From Methanocaldococcus sp. 28A (GTDB taxonomy: Archaea > AGJL01 > Methanococci > Methanococcales > Methanocaldococcaceae): 64,000 bases of DNA. The stretch lies in NCBI GenBank assembly GCA_049852185.1, contig CP187540.1; one strand, written 5' to 3'. The notes beneath the pieces were generated by a model. It was not told the origin of the DNA. It did no database searches and saw nothing but the letters and a program-made list of their open reading frames with translations. Made by a program: the position numbers and the translations under genes. Numbering within the stretch: the stretch's first letter is position 1; the number at the start of each line of letters is the position of its first letter. Below are positions 32,673 to 43,412 of this stretch, in pieces.

Positions 32673-33143
32673 TTATTTTAAGAGTTCGTGTTCTTTTAAG
32701 TATAGGAAGAGGTGGCTTCTACTTCTAAATGCTCCTCCTTTTGCCATTCTATAAAGCTTTCTGTAAACTATTCTATCAATTTTTCCAGTATCACTTAATT
32801 GTTTGAGTGTTTTTCTTAAAGCTCTAATTGTAGCCATCCATTTTTCTTTTTGTGGAGTTCTTGCTCCAGCCGCTCCTCTTCTTGAACCTGGACCTCTTCT
32901 TCTACCCTTCCTTCTTTGCTCCTTTAATTTTTTAACTCTTGCACTGCTAATTCCTTTTTTCTGTTTCTTCTGGATAACTCCTTCTTTAATTAAAGCTCTT
33001 ATGTCATCTTTTGACATAGCCATTTTAACTCTTTCTAATTGTGTTGGGTCTATCCAAACTCTCTCTATCCCGCATTTTAATATCTCAGCAGCCAATCTCC
33101 TTTGAACAGATACATCCATAATTATCACCCATGATAAAAGCAA
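32673..33143 (-). CDS. rpl19e: 50S ribosomal protein eL19 (likely start at MDVSVQ)
   Basis: QRRLAAEILKCG and YRMAKGG motifs. Confidence 0.96.
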   Translation of the reverse strand: MLLSWVIIMDVSVQRRLAAEILKCGIERVWIDPTQLERVKMAMSKDDIRALIKEGVIQKKQKKGISSARVKKLKEQRRKGRRRGPGSRRGAAGARTPQKEKWMATIRALRKTLKQLSDTGKIDRIVYRKLYRMAKGGAFRSRSHLFLYLKEHELLK

Positions 33144-33188
33144 ATTATCTTTAAAGAAACCTGCAATGATGAGAGAAAAGCAATTTAT

Positions 33189-33614
33189 TTATTCATTATT
33201 TTCATTATTTTTTTCAGCTAATTTTAATAACTCTTCCTGTTTTTCTTCTGAGATGTTTAATATTCTTATTCCTAATTCTCTTGCTCTTTTGATAATTTCA
33301 ATTTTCTTTCTTTTACCAACGGTTGAAGCAATTCTTGCTCCTTGTGTTTTTGGATTTAGCTTTTCTAAATCTTTTACATTATAAACTAAAACATCCTCTA
33401 ATCCACTTGGATGTAATCCTCTAACAGCCTTTGGCATTCTATATCCAATTTCAACAACAGGTGGTTTTTCTTTCCACTTTAATCTCATCTTGCTGTGTCT
33501 TCCTTTTGGTCTTCTCCATTTTTCTCCTAATCTCTTATGTCTGTGTGCCTCTTGTCTTATAAAGTCAGGCTTTTTCATTTTTAATTTAAATCTTAATCTT
33601 AATAGCCTATCCAT
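33189..33614 (-). CDS. rpl32e: 50S ribosomal protein eL32
   Basis: [10 protein letters not shown] and GLHPSG motifs. Confidence 0.96.
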   Translation of the reverse strand: MDRLLRLRFKLKMKKPDFIRQEAHRHKRLGEKWRRPKGRHSKMRLKWKEKPPVVEIGYRMPKAVRGLHPSGLEDVLVYNVKDLEKLNPKTQGARIASTVGKRKKIEIIKRARELGIRILNISEEKQEELLKLAEKNNENNE

Positions 33615-33653
33615 ATTTCATCCCTCTCGCTTAAATTTTTATTTAGTTTTTAT

Positions 33654-34202
33654 TTAGATAGCTTTTCCAGCTTTTTCTACAATGTAAATTCCATCTTGGA
33701 AGACTCTTGGGTCCCTATTTTTAATTCTTGTTGCCTGCTCTATGTTTGCAGCTGTTTGTCCTACCTTTTCTTTATCAATTCCAGTAACTATAACGTCCTC
33801 TCCGCTAATCTTAACGGTAACTCCTTCTAAAATTCTTGCTCTTCTTGGGTACTTCTCTCCTAAAAAGTTTTCAATTATCACTTCATTACCTTTAACACTA
33901 ACTTTCATTGGGAAGTGTGCATATCTAATCTTTAATTTATATGTAAATCCTTCAGTAACTCCTTTAATCATGTTGTTTATATGAGCCCTTATAGTTCCAA
34001 CCATTGCTTTATCTTTTCTTCTTGGATATTCACAAGATATAACAACTTCATCTTCTTCCTTTTTAATTACAATTTTTGGATGCTCAAATTTCCTTCTTAA
34101 CTCTTTTCCTCCACTTTTTACAACAACTTCATTGTTGTTTATCTCAACTTGAACATTTTCAGGGATTTTTACCCTTTCCTCAATATAGGCGGCAACTGGC
34201 AT
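33654..34202 (-). CDS. rpl6: 50S ribosomal protein uL6
   Basis: NFLGEK and [10 protein letters not shown] motifs. Confidence 0.97.
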   Translation of the reverse strand: MPVAAYIEERVKIPENVQVEINNNEVVVKSGGKELRRKFEHPKIVIKKEEDEVVISCEYPRRKDKAMVGTIRAHINNMIKGVTEGFTYKLKIRYAHFPMKVSVKGNEVIIENFLGEKYPRRARILEGVTVKISGEDVIVTGIDKEKVGQTAANIEQATRIKNRDPRVFQDGIYIVEKAGKAI

Positions 34203-34240
34203 AAACTCACCTCAAAATTTAAATTTAATTTAAAACGTGT

Positions 34241-34633
34241 TTAATAGACATAAGCTAATAATCTTCCTCCCAATCCTCTCTTCTTAGCTTCTTCGTGGCT
34301 CATAACTCCCTGTGTAGTTGAAACAATTAATATACCAAAATCTCTTGCTGGCAAGTATCTTTTTTCAAACTTTTCATATCCAAATTTTTTAACAGGGAAT
34401 CTTGGTTTTATAGCTCCACACTTGTTTATCTTCCCTATTAATTCAACTTTAAATATTCCCGCTCTACCATCCTCTATAAATTCAAATTCTCCTATATAGC
34501 CATTATCTTGCATAACTTTTAAAACTCTTCCAATCAATTTAGACGCTGGTTTTATATAAACTACCTTTTTACCCACTCTTTCACAGTTAGAAATATGGTT
34601 TAATGCATTTGCTAGTGGGTCCATTAAACTCAT
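34241..34633 (-). CDS. rps8: 30S ribosomal protein uS8
   Basis: DPLANAL and GGRLLAYVY motifs. Confidence 0.97.
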
Positions 34634-34679
34634 GTTTTCCCTCCATTAAGAATTTTTAATTTTGGCTGAGTGTTTTGGT

Positions 34680-34841
34680 TTAATCTAATTTTTTAAATCC
34701 TAATTTGTGAGCGATTTCTCTAAAACACTGTCTACAGAGGTTTAATCCATACTTTCTAATTAAACCTGGTCCTACATGTCCACATCTTTGACATGGTCTA
34801 ATTCCATAACCATACTTCTTTTTCCATGGTTTTTTTGCCAT
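34680..34841 (-). CDS. rps14: 30S ribosomal protein uS14 (53 aa, absent from the ORF track)
   Basis: Manual translation [53 protein letters not shown]. Confidence 0.95.
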   Translation of the reverse strand: MAKKPWKKKYGYGIRPCQRCGHVGPGLIRKYGLNLCRQCFREIAHKLGFKKLD

Positions 34842-34854
34842 ATACATCACCTTT

Positions 34855-35427
34855 TTATTGTGTTTCTTCTTCCTCTTCTAACAATACTCTCTCAACTTTA
34901 AGTCCGAAGGTTTTTTCTATAAATTCAATTGCTTCTTCTCTTGTTAATCTATGTCTTCTTGGAATTTTAGCTCTACATCTCTTTCTTCTTTTAACTCTAA
35001 ATCCTGGCCTTTCTAAGGTAACACAAACGTCCATTCCAAAAATTCCAATCATTGGGTCGTATTTTTGCCCTGGAAAATCTATATGTTCATGAATACCAAA
35101 TGAGAAGTTTCCATAATCATCAAATGAATAATCATATAACTTCTTACCTTCTTTTTGGAATGCTTCAAATGCATTCTTTAAAAATTCCTCAGCTCTCTTC
35201 CCCCTTAATGTAACCTTTAATCCAATTGGTAATTTCTTTCTAATTCCAAATGATGGGTTTGTTTGCTTAGCTCTTGTTCTTATTGGTTTTTGTCCAGTCA
35301 ATTCTTCTATAACCTGAGCTCCTTTTGTTAATCTATCTCCGCTTTCTCCTACCCCAAAATTAACAACAACTTTTTCAATTCTTGGTTTTAACATCGGATT
35401 CTTTTGCCATAATTCTTCAAAGCTCAT
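34855..35427 (-). CDS. rpl5: 50S ribosomal protein uL5
   Basis: GVGESGDRL and GNFSFGI motifs. Confidence 0.97.
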   Translation of the reverse strand: MSFEELWQKNPMLKPRIEKVVVNFGVGESGDRLTKGAQVIEELTGQKPIRTRAKQTNPSFGIRKKLPIGLKVTLRGKRAEEFLKNAFEAFQKEGKKLYDYSFDDYGNFSFGIHEHIDFPGQKYDPMIGIFGMDVCVTLERPGFRVKRRKRCRAKIPRRHRLTREEAIEFIEKTFGLKVERVLLEEEEETQ

Positions 35428-35458
35428 GTTTCTCCCTCATTTATATCTTATAGAGAGT

Positions 35459-36193
35459 TTATAATTTAATAATTGGTTCTTCATCTCCTACAACGAAGAC
35501 ATAATCCTTAACTGTTTTAAATTTATCTCCTTCTAAGTTTTCTAATGTAACTATATCTGGATAAATTCCTCTTTTCTCTATTTCTACAATTCTTGCAAAA
35601 TCACCAACGTGTTTTCCTCCTGTAATATAAGCTAATTTACCTACTTCAAATGGAATGTGTGCTTTAATTTCTTGTTCAGGAATTGAGATTAATAAAGTAT
35701 CTCCTGTTTTATAAACATCTTCTTCAGCTTTTGTTGGGTCAGAAACTTTTATAACAATATTTCTTCCATCATGTAAGTTTAATTGAATATGCCCTCCTTT
35801 AACAACTGTCTTGTTTTTAATTTTACATAATTTAACATCCGGATTTTCTGTTGGTTTTAATTTAATTCTTCCTTTTCTATCAAAGAGAACTCTGTAATTT
35901 TCGTTTGCATCAGGTAATGAGACAACATCCATTAATCCAACAGGCAACTTTTCTTCTTTTCTAACTCTTCCATCAACTAAAACTTTACCCATCTTAATAA
36001 TTTTTTTAGCTTCTCTTGCATTATCAGCATATTTTAAAATATCCCTAATAACTAACAATAATGGTATTGACTCACTCATTGGGTGTGCTCCTGGTAATGG
36101 CCTAACTGTAAATTTAGCCACTTTTCTTGGTAACTCCCATCTAACTGGAGCTGCTAATCTTTTTAAATGTCTTTTTGGACCTTTTTTTGCCAT
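35459..36193 (-). CDS. rps4e: 30S ribosomal protein eS4
   Basis: HLKRLAAP and QLNLHDGRN motifs. Confidence 0.97.
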   Translation of the reverse strand: MAKKGPKRHLKRLAAPVRWELPRKVAKFTVRPLPGAHPMSESIPLLLVIRDILKYADNAREAKKIIKMGKVLVDGRVRKEEKLPVGLMDVVSLPDANENYRVLFDRKGRIKLKPTENPDVKLCKIKNKTVVKGGHIQLNLHDGRNIVIKVSDPTKAEEDVYKTGDTLLISIPEQEIKAHIPFEVGKLAYITGGKHVGDFARIVEIEKRGIYPDIVTLENLEGDKFKTVKDYVFVVGDEEPIIKL

Positions 36194-36202
36194 CCTTTCA
36201 CC

Positions 36203-36574
36203 TTATTTACTTTTAATATGTTTGAATCTTCTTTCATCTTTGTCATACAACTTAATAATCATAACATTTGAAGGGTGTATTGGATAAGGAACTTCTTTTC
36301 CATTCTGTCTTTTGTTGTTTGCTCCTTCAACATATATTCTGTATCTCTTTAAATCAACTTTAATTACTTCTCCTTCTAATCCTTTAAAGTCTCCTCTCAT
36401 TATTCTAACAACATCTCCCTTTCTAACAGGGATTGCATTTCTTCCCAATTTTTCCTTCAACTCTTTTGATAACATTGCAGACATAACTTTCCTTCTTAAG
36501 TGTAGAGGAGCATTAAATAATGCTTTCCTCTGTTTTCTTGGCTGTTTTGACTTTGTAAAAGCCATATTTTTCAC
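36203..36574 (-). CDS. rpl24: 50S ribosomal protein uL24
   Basis: SKQPRKQRK and PIHPSNV motifs. Confidence 0.96.
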   Translation of the reverse strand: MKNMAFTKSKQPRKQRKALFNAPLHLRRKVMSAMLSKELKEKLGRNAIPVRKGDVVRIMRGDFKGLEGEVIKVDLKRYRIYVEGANNKRQNGKEVPYPIHPSNVMIIKLYDKDERRFKHIKSK

Positions 36575-36597
36575 CTTTAAGATTTGTTTAAATTGAT

Positions 36598-36996
36598 TTA
36601 TACAATTATCTTAGCGATTCTTGCAATACCTGGCCATCTTTCAGCTGCTTCTTTTGCTACAGGACCTTTAATATCTGAACCCTTTGGGTTTCCATCTGGT
36701 GTTACTATAACAACTGCATTATCTGCAAACTTAACTCTTGTTCCATCAGGTCTTCTAATTTCTTTTTTTTGTCTAATAACGATTGCTGGCAAAACCTGTT
36801 TTCTCATCTCTGGTGTTCCTTTTTTAACTGTAACTACAACCATATCTCCTACTCTTGCTGTTGGTAATCTTCTTGCAACCCCTTTGTAGTTTTTCACAGC
36901 TATGATTTCAACTTCTTTAGCTCCAGTGTTGTCAGCACAAATGCATCTTGCTCCAACAGGTAATCCTCTTACAGGTTTTGAACCAATTGCTTTCAT
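36598..36996 (-). CDS. rpl14: 50S ribosomal protein uL14
   Basis: CADNTGAK and KFADNA motifs. Confidence 0.97.
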   Translation of the reverse strand: MKAIGSKPVRGLPVGARCICADNTGAKEVEIIAVKNYKGVARRLPTARVGDMVVVTVKKGTPEMRKQVLPAIVIRQKKEIRRPDGTRVKFADNAVVIVTPDGNPKGSDIKGPVAKEAAERWPGIARIAKIIV

Positions 36997-37018
36997 ATTT
37001 TTTCACCTTTAATCAAAT

Positions 37019-37372
37019 TTATTCTTCTCCTTTAATTTCATTAACGTTTCCTAATTTTTCAACGACAACGAATGCTTTTGTTTTACTTATAGGTCTACAT
37101 TCCATAACTCTTACAATATCTCCAACTTTTGCGTTTATGCATGGTGGATTGTGAGCTGCTAATTTTGATGTTCTTCTCTCATATCTTTCATATTTTTTGA
37201 GGTATTTTACAACTTCTCTCTTAATAATGACTGTTTTTTGTGGTTTATCGCTAACTACAACTCCAACAAAGCTTTGCCCTCTTACTGGTAAAGTTCCGTG
37301 GAATGGACAATTTTTATCATCACATTCTACTTCTGGAGCTTTAACTGGAATTCCAATATTTCTTGCTACCAT
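37019..37372 (-). CDS. rps17: 30S ribosomal protein uS17
   Basis: CPFHG and ECRPISKTK motifs. Confidence 0.97.
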   Translation of the reverse strand: MVARNIGIPVKAPEVECDDKNCPFHGTLPVRGQSFVGVVVSDKPQKTVIIKREVVKYLKKYERYERRTSKLAAHNPPCINAKVGDIVRVMECRPISKTKAFVVVEKLGNVNEIKGEE

Positions 37373-37653
37373 GTTTTTACCTCCTATTTGCAGATTTTTA
37401 AGCTTTATTTTATTGAATTTTAGAGCTAAAGATGATTAAATAGGACAAAAATATAATATCTATTAAGGAAGTTTTAAAGTTAAAGCTTCATAATTTAATA
37501 AAAATATATTATTTTTGCATTCAAACAGTTACACTTTAATTGATATATAATGTGCGAAAGTCATATATAGAAACCCATATATTACTTTAACGGTTGGGGC
37601 AAAAATAAGCGTTATTATCTCTTTTTCTACAAAACACTTTTGAAAACCTACTG

Positions 37654-37941
37654 CTAATATGGATAAAGTATCTTTATCTTTTTCTTTAATCTCTCTTCTG
37701 GCCTCCCTATCAGCAATCTTCCATCGACTTTCACTTTACATCCATTTAATTCAAATAAGAATACTGCAATATCTTTTGGAATAGTCACTTCTTTGCCATT
37801 CTCTTTTTCTATCACTAATGTATTTCTTGTTTCATCCACTACTCTCCCTTTAATCCCTATCATCGCTTTGTTCTTTGCATCAACAATCTCTACTCTAAGC
37901 CCTATAAGTTCATGCCTAAGTATGTTGTATGGAGTTATCAT
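37654..37941 (-). CDS. rnp1: Ribonuclease P protein component 1 (Rpp29)
   Basis: HELIGL, GRVVDETRNT and RPEERLK motifs. Confidence 0.95.
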   Translation of the reverse strand: MITPYNILRHELIGLRVEIVDAKNKAMIGIKGRVVDETRNTLVIEKENGKEVTIPKDIAVFLFELNGCKVKVDGRLLIGRPEERLKKKIKILYPY

Positions 37942-37960
37942 GATGCCCCAACCATTTTAT

Positions 37961-37998
37961 GGGGACGGGGTGTGCCCTTTCAGGGCATCCGCGTCCCC
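37961..37998 (-). promoter_or_regulatory. GC-rich mRNA hairpin between sui1 and rnp1
   Basis: Minus strand GGGGACG-cgga-TGCCC-tgaaa-GGGCA-caccc-CGTCCCC. Confidence 0.55.
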
Positions 37999-38046
37999 TC
38001 TATTTCATTTAATCCAAAATAAAATTAAAAAGTTAAAAGTTGAAAT

Positions 38047-38355
38047 TTATCTAATTTCAATTGAATCTCTTGAGAAACCCATTTTAACGAGTTCTTCAGC
38101 AACTTTTTTTCTATGATCACCCTGAAGTTCAATAGAATCTCCTTTAACAGTTCCTCCACAAGCACAAATATCTTTTAATTTCTTAGCAAGCTCTTTTAAG
38201 TCTATGACACTTGTATCAAAACCTTCAATTATGGTCATTAATTTACCAAATCTTCTTTTTGTAACATATATTTTTATTTTTTGTTCCTCTTTAGCTATTT
38301 CTTCACAAACACATAATTCTTTTGGTAATCCACATCTTGGACAAATTTCTGGCAT
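38047..38355 (-). CDS. Translation initiation factor SUI1/aIF1
   Basis: [19 protein letters not shown] and IELQGDHR motifs. The true start is ATG 38355 after GAGGTG; the ORF-track extension runs into a repeat. Confidence 0.93.
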   Translation of the reverse strand: MPEICPRCGLPKELCVCEEIAKEEQKIKIYVTKRRFGKLMTIIEGFDTSVIDLKELAKKLKDICACGGTVKGDSIELQGDHRKKVAEELVKMGFSRDSIEIR

Positions 38356-38374
38356 CACTGCACCTCTATATTTT

Positions 38375-38469
38375 ATAGGACTTTCGTAGGGATAAATATT
38401 TTTATTGAACATGGACAACTTAAAGGTGTCTAAATTTCAACATTAGTATATAAAGTGCAAAACTCCTAT
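38375..38469. repeat. Palindromic repeat, family A
   Basis: ATAGGACTTTCGTAG start; similar to 59878-59972. Confidence 0.8.
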
Positions 38470-38552
38470 AAAAGTATTAAGTAATATAGTAAATAATATT
38501 TAGATAAGGTATTTAAATTTTTCCGTAGATGTTTTGATTTAATTTTTGTTAA

Positions 38553-38765
38553 TTATTGTGAAGCCATTCTTTTCTTTTCATTCATTATTGTTAATATTCT
38601 TGCTATTGTTCTTCTAATTTCTCTCATTCTACCTGGATTTGAAGGAGCTCCAGCAACAGCTTTACTTGCTCTCTCTTTTAACAATTCCCTTTTCAATTCT
38701 ACGAGTTTTTCTTTTAATTCTTCTATTGACATTTCCCTTAACTCATTAGCTCTTAATATAGCCAT
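38553..38765 (-). CDS. rpl29: 50S ribosomal protein uL29
   Basis: [17 protein letters not shown] motif. Confidence 0.96.
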   Translation of the reverse strand: MAILRANELREMSIEELKEKLVELKRELLKERASKAVAGAPSNPGRMREIRRTIARILTIMNEKKRMASQ

Positions 38766-38777
38766 GTTTATTCACCT

Positions 38778-39404
38778 TTATTGTTCTTCTTCAACTATAT
38801 GCTTAACTTCCATATCCTCTTTAATTATAATTTCATCTGGTAATAAGACATCTGGTCTCATGATTTTTACTGTAACTCCTATAACCCCTGGCTTTGTTTT
38901 TGCTATTGCTCTTCCCTTATCAACAAGTTCTTCAGCTGGTTCTCCACAGTGTTTCATGTATCCAGCCATGAACTTTTCAGTTCTTGCTCTCTCTCCAGTT
39001 AATTTACCTGAGATAATAACTATAACCCCTTTAGCTCCAGCGTTCATAACTCTTCTTACAGCTGTGTGCCCAACCCTTCTAAAGTGCAACCCTCTCTCTA
39101 ATGATTGAGCTACTTTTTGAGCAACAACTTGAGCATCTAAATCAGGATTTTCAACAGGTTTAACATCAATTTGTGGTTTTTCAACACCAAACTCCTTAGC
39201 TAATTTCTCTGTTAATTCTCTAATTCTACTACCTCTTCTACCAATAACAAAACCAGGTTTCTCAGCATAGATGATAATTTTTGTCCCTATAGGTGTTTTT
39301 CTTATATCGCAGTGGCTGTATCCTGCTCTACTTAACTCTCTCTTAAAATACTCATCAATTAACAATCTCTTAACATTTTCTTTAACAAATGTTCTCTCAA
39401 TCAT
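38778..39404 (-). CDS. rps3: 30S ribosomal protein uS3
   Basis: [12 protein letters not shown] motif. Confidence 0.97.
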   Translation of the reverse strand: MIERTFVKENVKRLLIDEYFKRELSRAGYSHCDIRKTPIGTKIIIYAEKPGFVIGRRGSRIRELTEKLAKEFGVEKPQIDVKPVENPDLDAQVVAQKVAQSLERGLHFRRVGHTAVRRVMNAGAKGVIVIISGKLTGERARTEKFMAGYMKHCGEPAEELVDKGRAIAKTKPGVIGVTVKIMRPDVLLPDEIIIKEDMEVKHIVEEEQ

Positions 39405-39429
39405 CTATTCCACCTTTATATCTTATTTT

Positions 39430-39900
39430 TTATTGGTATTCTTCTAAGATGACTTGTATATGAACTGTTTCTTGGAACTTAGGTGTAGCTCTACCAAATG
39501 CTCTTGGCATATATCTTTTGATTGTTATTCCCTTGTTTGTTGAGATATGTTTTATTCTCAATTTTTCTACATTTAAACCTTTGTATTCAGCATTTGCCTT
39601 TGCATAGTTTAATATCTTTAAGATAGCCTTAGCTGCTTTAACTGGATACCTACCAGCAGGCCATCCTAATTTACCTTTTCTGTGCCCTACTTTCTTGCAG
39701 TGTCTTCTAAAGAGAACTGGTCTTTTCATTGCAATAACATCTTCTAAGAACCTTATAGCATCATCCAATTTCATTCCATTTATTGATTTACATATCTCCC
39801 TTGCATGTTTTCTTGATATTGGAATATTTCTCCCCATAGCCCTTGCTGTTTTTTCAGGATTGACTTGTATCTTATATTTTAATTTAGCCATCAATATCAC
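39430..39900 (-). CDS. rpl22: 50S ribosomal protein uL22
   Basis: GRYPVKA and PRAFGRA motifs. Confidence 0.97.
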   Translation of the reverse strand: MILMAKLKYKIQVNPEKTARAMGRNIPISRKHAREICKSINGMKLDDAIRFLEDVIAMKRPVLFRRHCKKVGHRKGKLGWPAGRYPVKAAKAILKILNYAKANAEYKGLNVEKLRIKHISTNKGITIKRYMPRAFGRATPKFQETVHIQVILEEYQ

Positions 39901-40305
39901 CCTTAAGCTTACTTAACTGTAAGAAGTTTATATTACATTTATTTAGTGTTCAACCCTAACAACCCAGAATGCTATAAAATAATAAATATCAAATTGTGAG
40001 CATACTGGGATTTTTCTATTTTCTATATTTGTTTTTGTTATCATTTTCATTTGCCTGTTTATACAATTTAAAGTATAGGTATCTCATCAATGGCAAGAGA
40101 TTTTAGAATGTAAGAATATAAAATAAAAGTGTTATATATAATTTACGAATAAATAAAATAAATAGAGGTTGTTGAAAAATACTAAGCTAACATGATAGTA
40201 AATAATACTAAATATGAAGCGGGAAGAAAATAAGAAAAGGAAAGAGAAAAATAAAAGTTACACGAAACGGACTGGTCCCTAAATAGATATTATTGAATTA
40301 AATTA

Positions 40306-40595
40306 GGGGTTCTCCCAACGTGGTCATATATAGACAATTATAGACATTTAGGAAATTTTAATTAGATATTTTCCGTTATAATTGACTTTATAGACCATCA
40401 GAGGGAAATCTGCGATTTGAACAAAATCCTTCGGATTTTGTAGCTCGAACCTTCGGTTCGATTCCCTTACTGGAAGCTTCGCTTCCACGTTGGGATTGAG
40501 CGTCATCAGTTTCCCAAGGAAAACCTCTGCCCCTGTCGTGGACATAAAAACCTTACGGTTTTTAAGTTCTCGTCGCTTCGCTCCGAGATAACCCC
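40306..40595. ncRNA. Large multi-hairpin structured element (candidate ncRNA or IS200/605-related end)
   Basis: GGGGTT/AACCCC closing ends, 11-bp long-range TCCCAACGTGG/CCACGTTGGGA pairing, several TTCG-loop hairpins. Confidence 0.5.
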
Positions 40596-40639
40596 AAGGC
40601 CACCAATAATTTCTTTAACTTTTCCCAAACCTTTTTTAA

Positions 40640-41159
40640 CTGACAGTGTGAATTAACGATATGAGCTATAAAAGCAAAAAATAAAAATAGGATGAGGTTA
40701 AATAGTTTATTAAAAAAAGGTGATACCAGTATGTTAGCAGCATTTAATGATATATTGGTTTATTCTATAAATAGTTTAGGGATATGTTCTTTGGAAGAGA
40801 TAGCGAAGTATGGGGTGACGAGGACATTAACGCCGATAAAGACGATTAAAGGGATATAAAAGAGTGTTTTAGAGATTGATAGAACGACAGTTATTAAATA
40901 TCTGCAAGAACTGTCAGAAGATGAGTATTGCCTATACAATCAGTTATCTAACCTTCCCGATATTTTAGATGACGATAGATACAAATTTGTTGCGATAGTT
41001 GATTCAATGTTGGGAAGGAAATTTATAGTAGTGTGCAAAACTATTATTCATAATTGTATAGAATATTTAAGCAATAAATATAATATATCATTTTATGAAG
41101 TAGTTAAAGAATGCAGTAAAGAACTAATAAAGAAAGGATTATCGTAATCACACCGTCAG
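40640..41159 (+). mobile_element. Non-autonomous DDE IS derivative with CTGAC termini, copy 2
   Basis: TIR CTGACAGTGTGAATTAACGA / TCGTAATCACACCGTCAG, flanked by TAA on both sides; relic ...YKFVAIVDSMLG. Confidence 0.72.
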
Positions 41160-41164
41160 TAATT

Positions 41165-41656
41165 TTAACTTCTTTTGTAAATTTTTTTAAAATATTTATA
41201 TACTATATTTAAAAATATCGGCATAATATAAAAAACACTAACAAAGCCTGCAATAAAGCCAGTTATAAATCTTAACTCATTAAAGCTTTCTCTCAATCCA
41301 ATTAGTTGAGTGGTTCCATCAATTGCCATGGGAGTTAAAGCAAATATTAAATACCATTTATTGGGAATTTTAAAATCATTTAGTTTTTTTATAAAGGGAT
41401 AAATCAGCATTCCTACTAAATATCCAGTATATATACCAAAACATCTTGCACAAACAGCCATTTTATATCCAAATATAAAATAGCTTCTTTTTGGAAGTTG
41501 GTGGCATATTAAAGAATATGCAGTATAGATATAAAAAGATATTAACTTAAAAATTTCTGAATGCTCACCTAAATATGCAGTATAAGGTGCTAAAAAAATT
41601 CCAATGTAAAAAATTATAAAAGAAATCAACATTAAGGCATAGAGCTTCTTTAACAT
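41165..41656 (-). CDS. DUF2085 membrane protein
   Basis: CHQLPKRS and CARCFGIY motifs. Confidence 0.88.
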   Translation of the reverse strand: MLKKLYALMLISFIIFYIGIFLAPYTAYLGEHSEIFKLISFYIYTAYSLICHQLPKRSYFIFGYKMAVCARCFGIYTGYLVGMLIYPFIKKLNDFKIPNKWYLIFALTPMAIDGTTQLIGLRESFNELRFITGFIAGFVSVFYIMPIFLNIVYKYFKKIYKRS

Positions 41657-41680
41657 TAAAAGCCCCTATTGATTTATTTA

Positions 41681-42055
41681 TTACCTATTCTTTATAACAA
41701 CATATAGTACTCCTCCAACTGCTCCAAGGATTACCCCAAATATTACCCCACTAATCAATCCTACAATCAAAGAACCTCCAATTGCAAATGGTTCAAATCT
41801 TCCAAACATTGGCATAAGTGCTGTCATTATAATGAAATTTAATATTGCTGCTATAACACCCCCTATAACCCCACTAATTGCTCCTACAAGACCGCAATTT
41901 TCGTAATCTAACCTTCCCCCAGCTTCAACATAAAGATGAGCAGCTATAGCTCCACCAACAATATAACCTAAACAACAAATAATTCCTAATATTATATTAA
42001 TAACCCCCCCAATAATTGAAGGTTTTAACATTTTTTCTTTGTCAAAAGTTACCAT
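41681..42055 (-). CDS. Gly-rich membrane protein
   Basis: Several GxxxG TM segments; GAGGTG SD. Confidence 0.75.
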   Translation of the reverse strand: MVTFDKEKMLKPSIIGGVINIILGIICCLGYIVGGAIAAHLYVEAGGRLDYENCGLVGAISGVIGGVIAAILNFIIMTALMPMFGRFEPFAIGGSLIVGLISGVIFGVILGAVGGVLYVVIKNR

Positions 42056-42131
42056 TATTTACACCTCTCTAAAGATTAACGATATTATGTCTATGCGTTA
42101 TACTATATATATTTAATTATAATTAAATATA

Positions 42132-43400
42132 TTAAATTAAATTACCAATTGCTTCAAACAAAACTCCTTTAACTACTGTATATATTGGAAATCCTTTAAC
42201 TTCCCATTTATCAAAGGGGCTAAATTTTGCCTTTGATTTAAATAAATCAACATTAATTTTTCCTTCTTTTTTTAAATCAATAATTGTTAGATTTGCCAAA
42301 TCTCCTTCATCAATTTTGTTGTTTATATCAAATATTTTTGCTGGATTTTTTGATAAAATTCTTATAGCATCAAATAAAGTTATTAATCCTTTATTAACTA
42401 AATTTAAAGTTAAAGGAACTATTGTTTCAATTCCAGGAATCCCTGAAGGGCAGTTTTTGACATCTTTAAGTTTTTCTTCCAATAGATGAGGAGCATGGTC
42501 AGAGGCAATGATATCAACATCTTTGTTTATAATTCCCTTAATTAATGCAATGTTGTCTTCTTTTTCTCTTAAAGGTGGATTGAATTTTCCAAAACCTCTC
42601 AATTCCTCAGCCGTCTCTTTATTTAGATAAATGTGGTGAGGAGTAACTTCAACAGTAATTTTTACATTCTTTAATTCATATTTTGCTTTTTTTATTAAAT
42701 TTAATGCTTCTTTAGTTGAAATATGGCAAAAGTGAATGTGTGGTTTTTTATCATTTAATTTATCAATAATTTTTAAGTTTTTTATAATTTCTTTAACTGC
42801 CTCAACCTCTGATTTCTTATCTCTAATTTTACAGTAGTCTATCCAACTATCTAAGGAATATTTTTTTAAATTTTCCTCTATTATATCTTTGTGTTCAGCA
42901 TGAATGCAGAAAAGTTTATTTTGGTTTAATATATCCTTTAATTTATTATAATCCTCTATAAACAAATCTCCTACTGATTTAACCATAAATATTTTGTATG
43001 CTTTTGCTTCCTTTATATATTCAGTGTAATTTTTCTCTGTAATTCCAAAATTAAGGAATATATTTATCTTACTGCTTCTTTTACAATCTTCTAATTTTTT
43101 ATAAAAAAGCTCTTTTGTTGTTATTGGAGGTTTGTTATTTGGCATGTCTATAGCAAAACAAACTCCTCCATTTATCCCAGCTAAACTCCCACTTAAAAAG
43201 TCCTCTTTTTTTTCTTCTCCCCATCTAAAATGAACATGAGCATCTATAACCCCAGGAATAACAAGAGAGTTTTTTATATCTATCATTTCGTCATCTACTT
43301 TAATATCCTTACTAATTTTTTTTATTCTATTTTCTTCAATTAAAATATCACCTTCAATGATTTTATTGTCTTTTACTATTCTACAATTTTTTAAAATCAT
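42132..43400 (-). CDS. pyrC: Dihydroorotase
   Basis: DAHVHFR, DMPN and ASDHAPH motifs. Confidence 0.95.
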   Translation of the reverse strand: MILKNCRIVKDNKIIEGDILIEENRIKKISKDIKVDDEMIDIKNSLVIPGVIDAHVHFRWGEEKKEDFLSGSLAGINGGVCFAIDMPNNKPPITTKELFYKKLEDCKRSSKINIFLNFGITEKNYTEYIKEAKAYKIFMVKSVGDLFIEDYNKLKDILNQNKLFCIHAEHKDIIEENLKKYSLDSWIDYCKIRDKKSEVEAVKEIIKNLKIIDKLNDKKPHIHFCHISTKEALNLIKKAKYELKNVKITVEVTPHHIYLNKETAEELRGFGKFNPPLREKEDNIALIKGIINKDVDIIASDHAPHLLEEKLKDVKNCPSGIPGIETIVPLTLNLVNKGLITLFDAIRILSKNPAKIFDINNKIDEGDLANLTIIDLKKEGKINVDLFKSKAKFSPFDKWEVKGFPIYTVVKGVLFEAIGNLI

Positions 43401-43412
43401 AGTAGCACCACA

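Noticed and set aside
38356-38418. N-terminal extension of SUI1
   Set aside because: Runs into a family-A repeat; a good SD precedes ATG 38355
40348-40545. 65-aa ORF
   Set aside because: No SD, and its composition is explained by hairpins
40306-40595. RNase P RNA, SRP RNA or hammerhead ribozyme
   Set aside because: Lacks RNase P P4 and SRP helix-8 motifs; minus-strand CTGATGA has no properly placed GAAA partner
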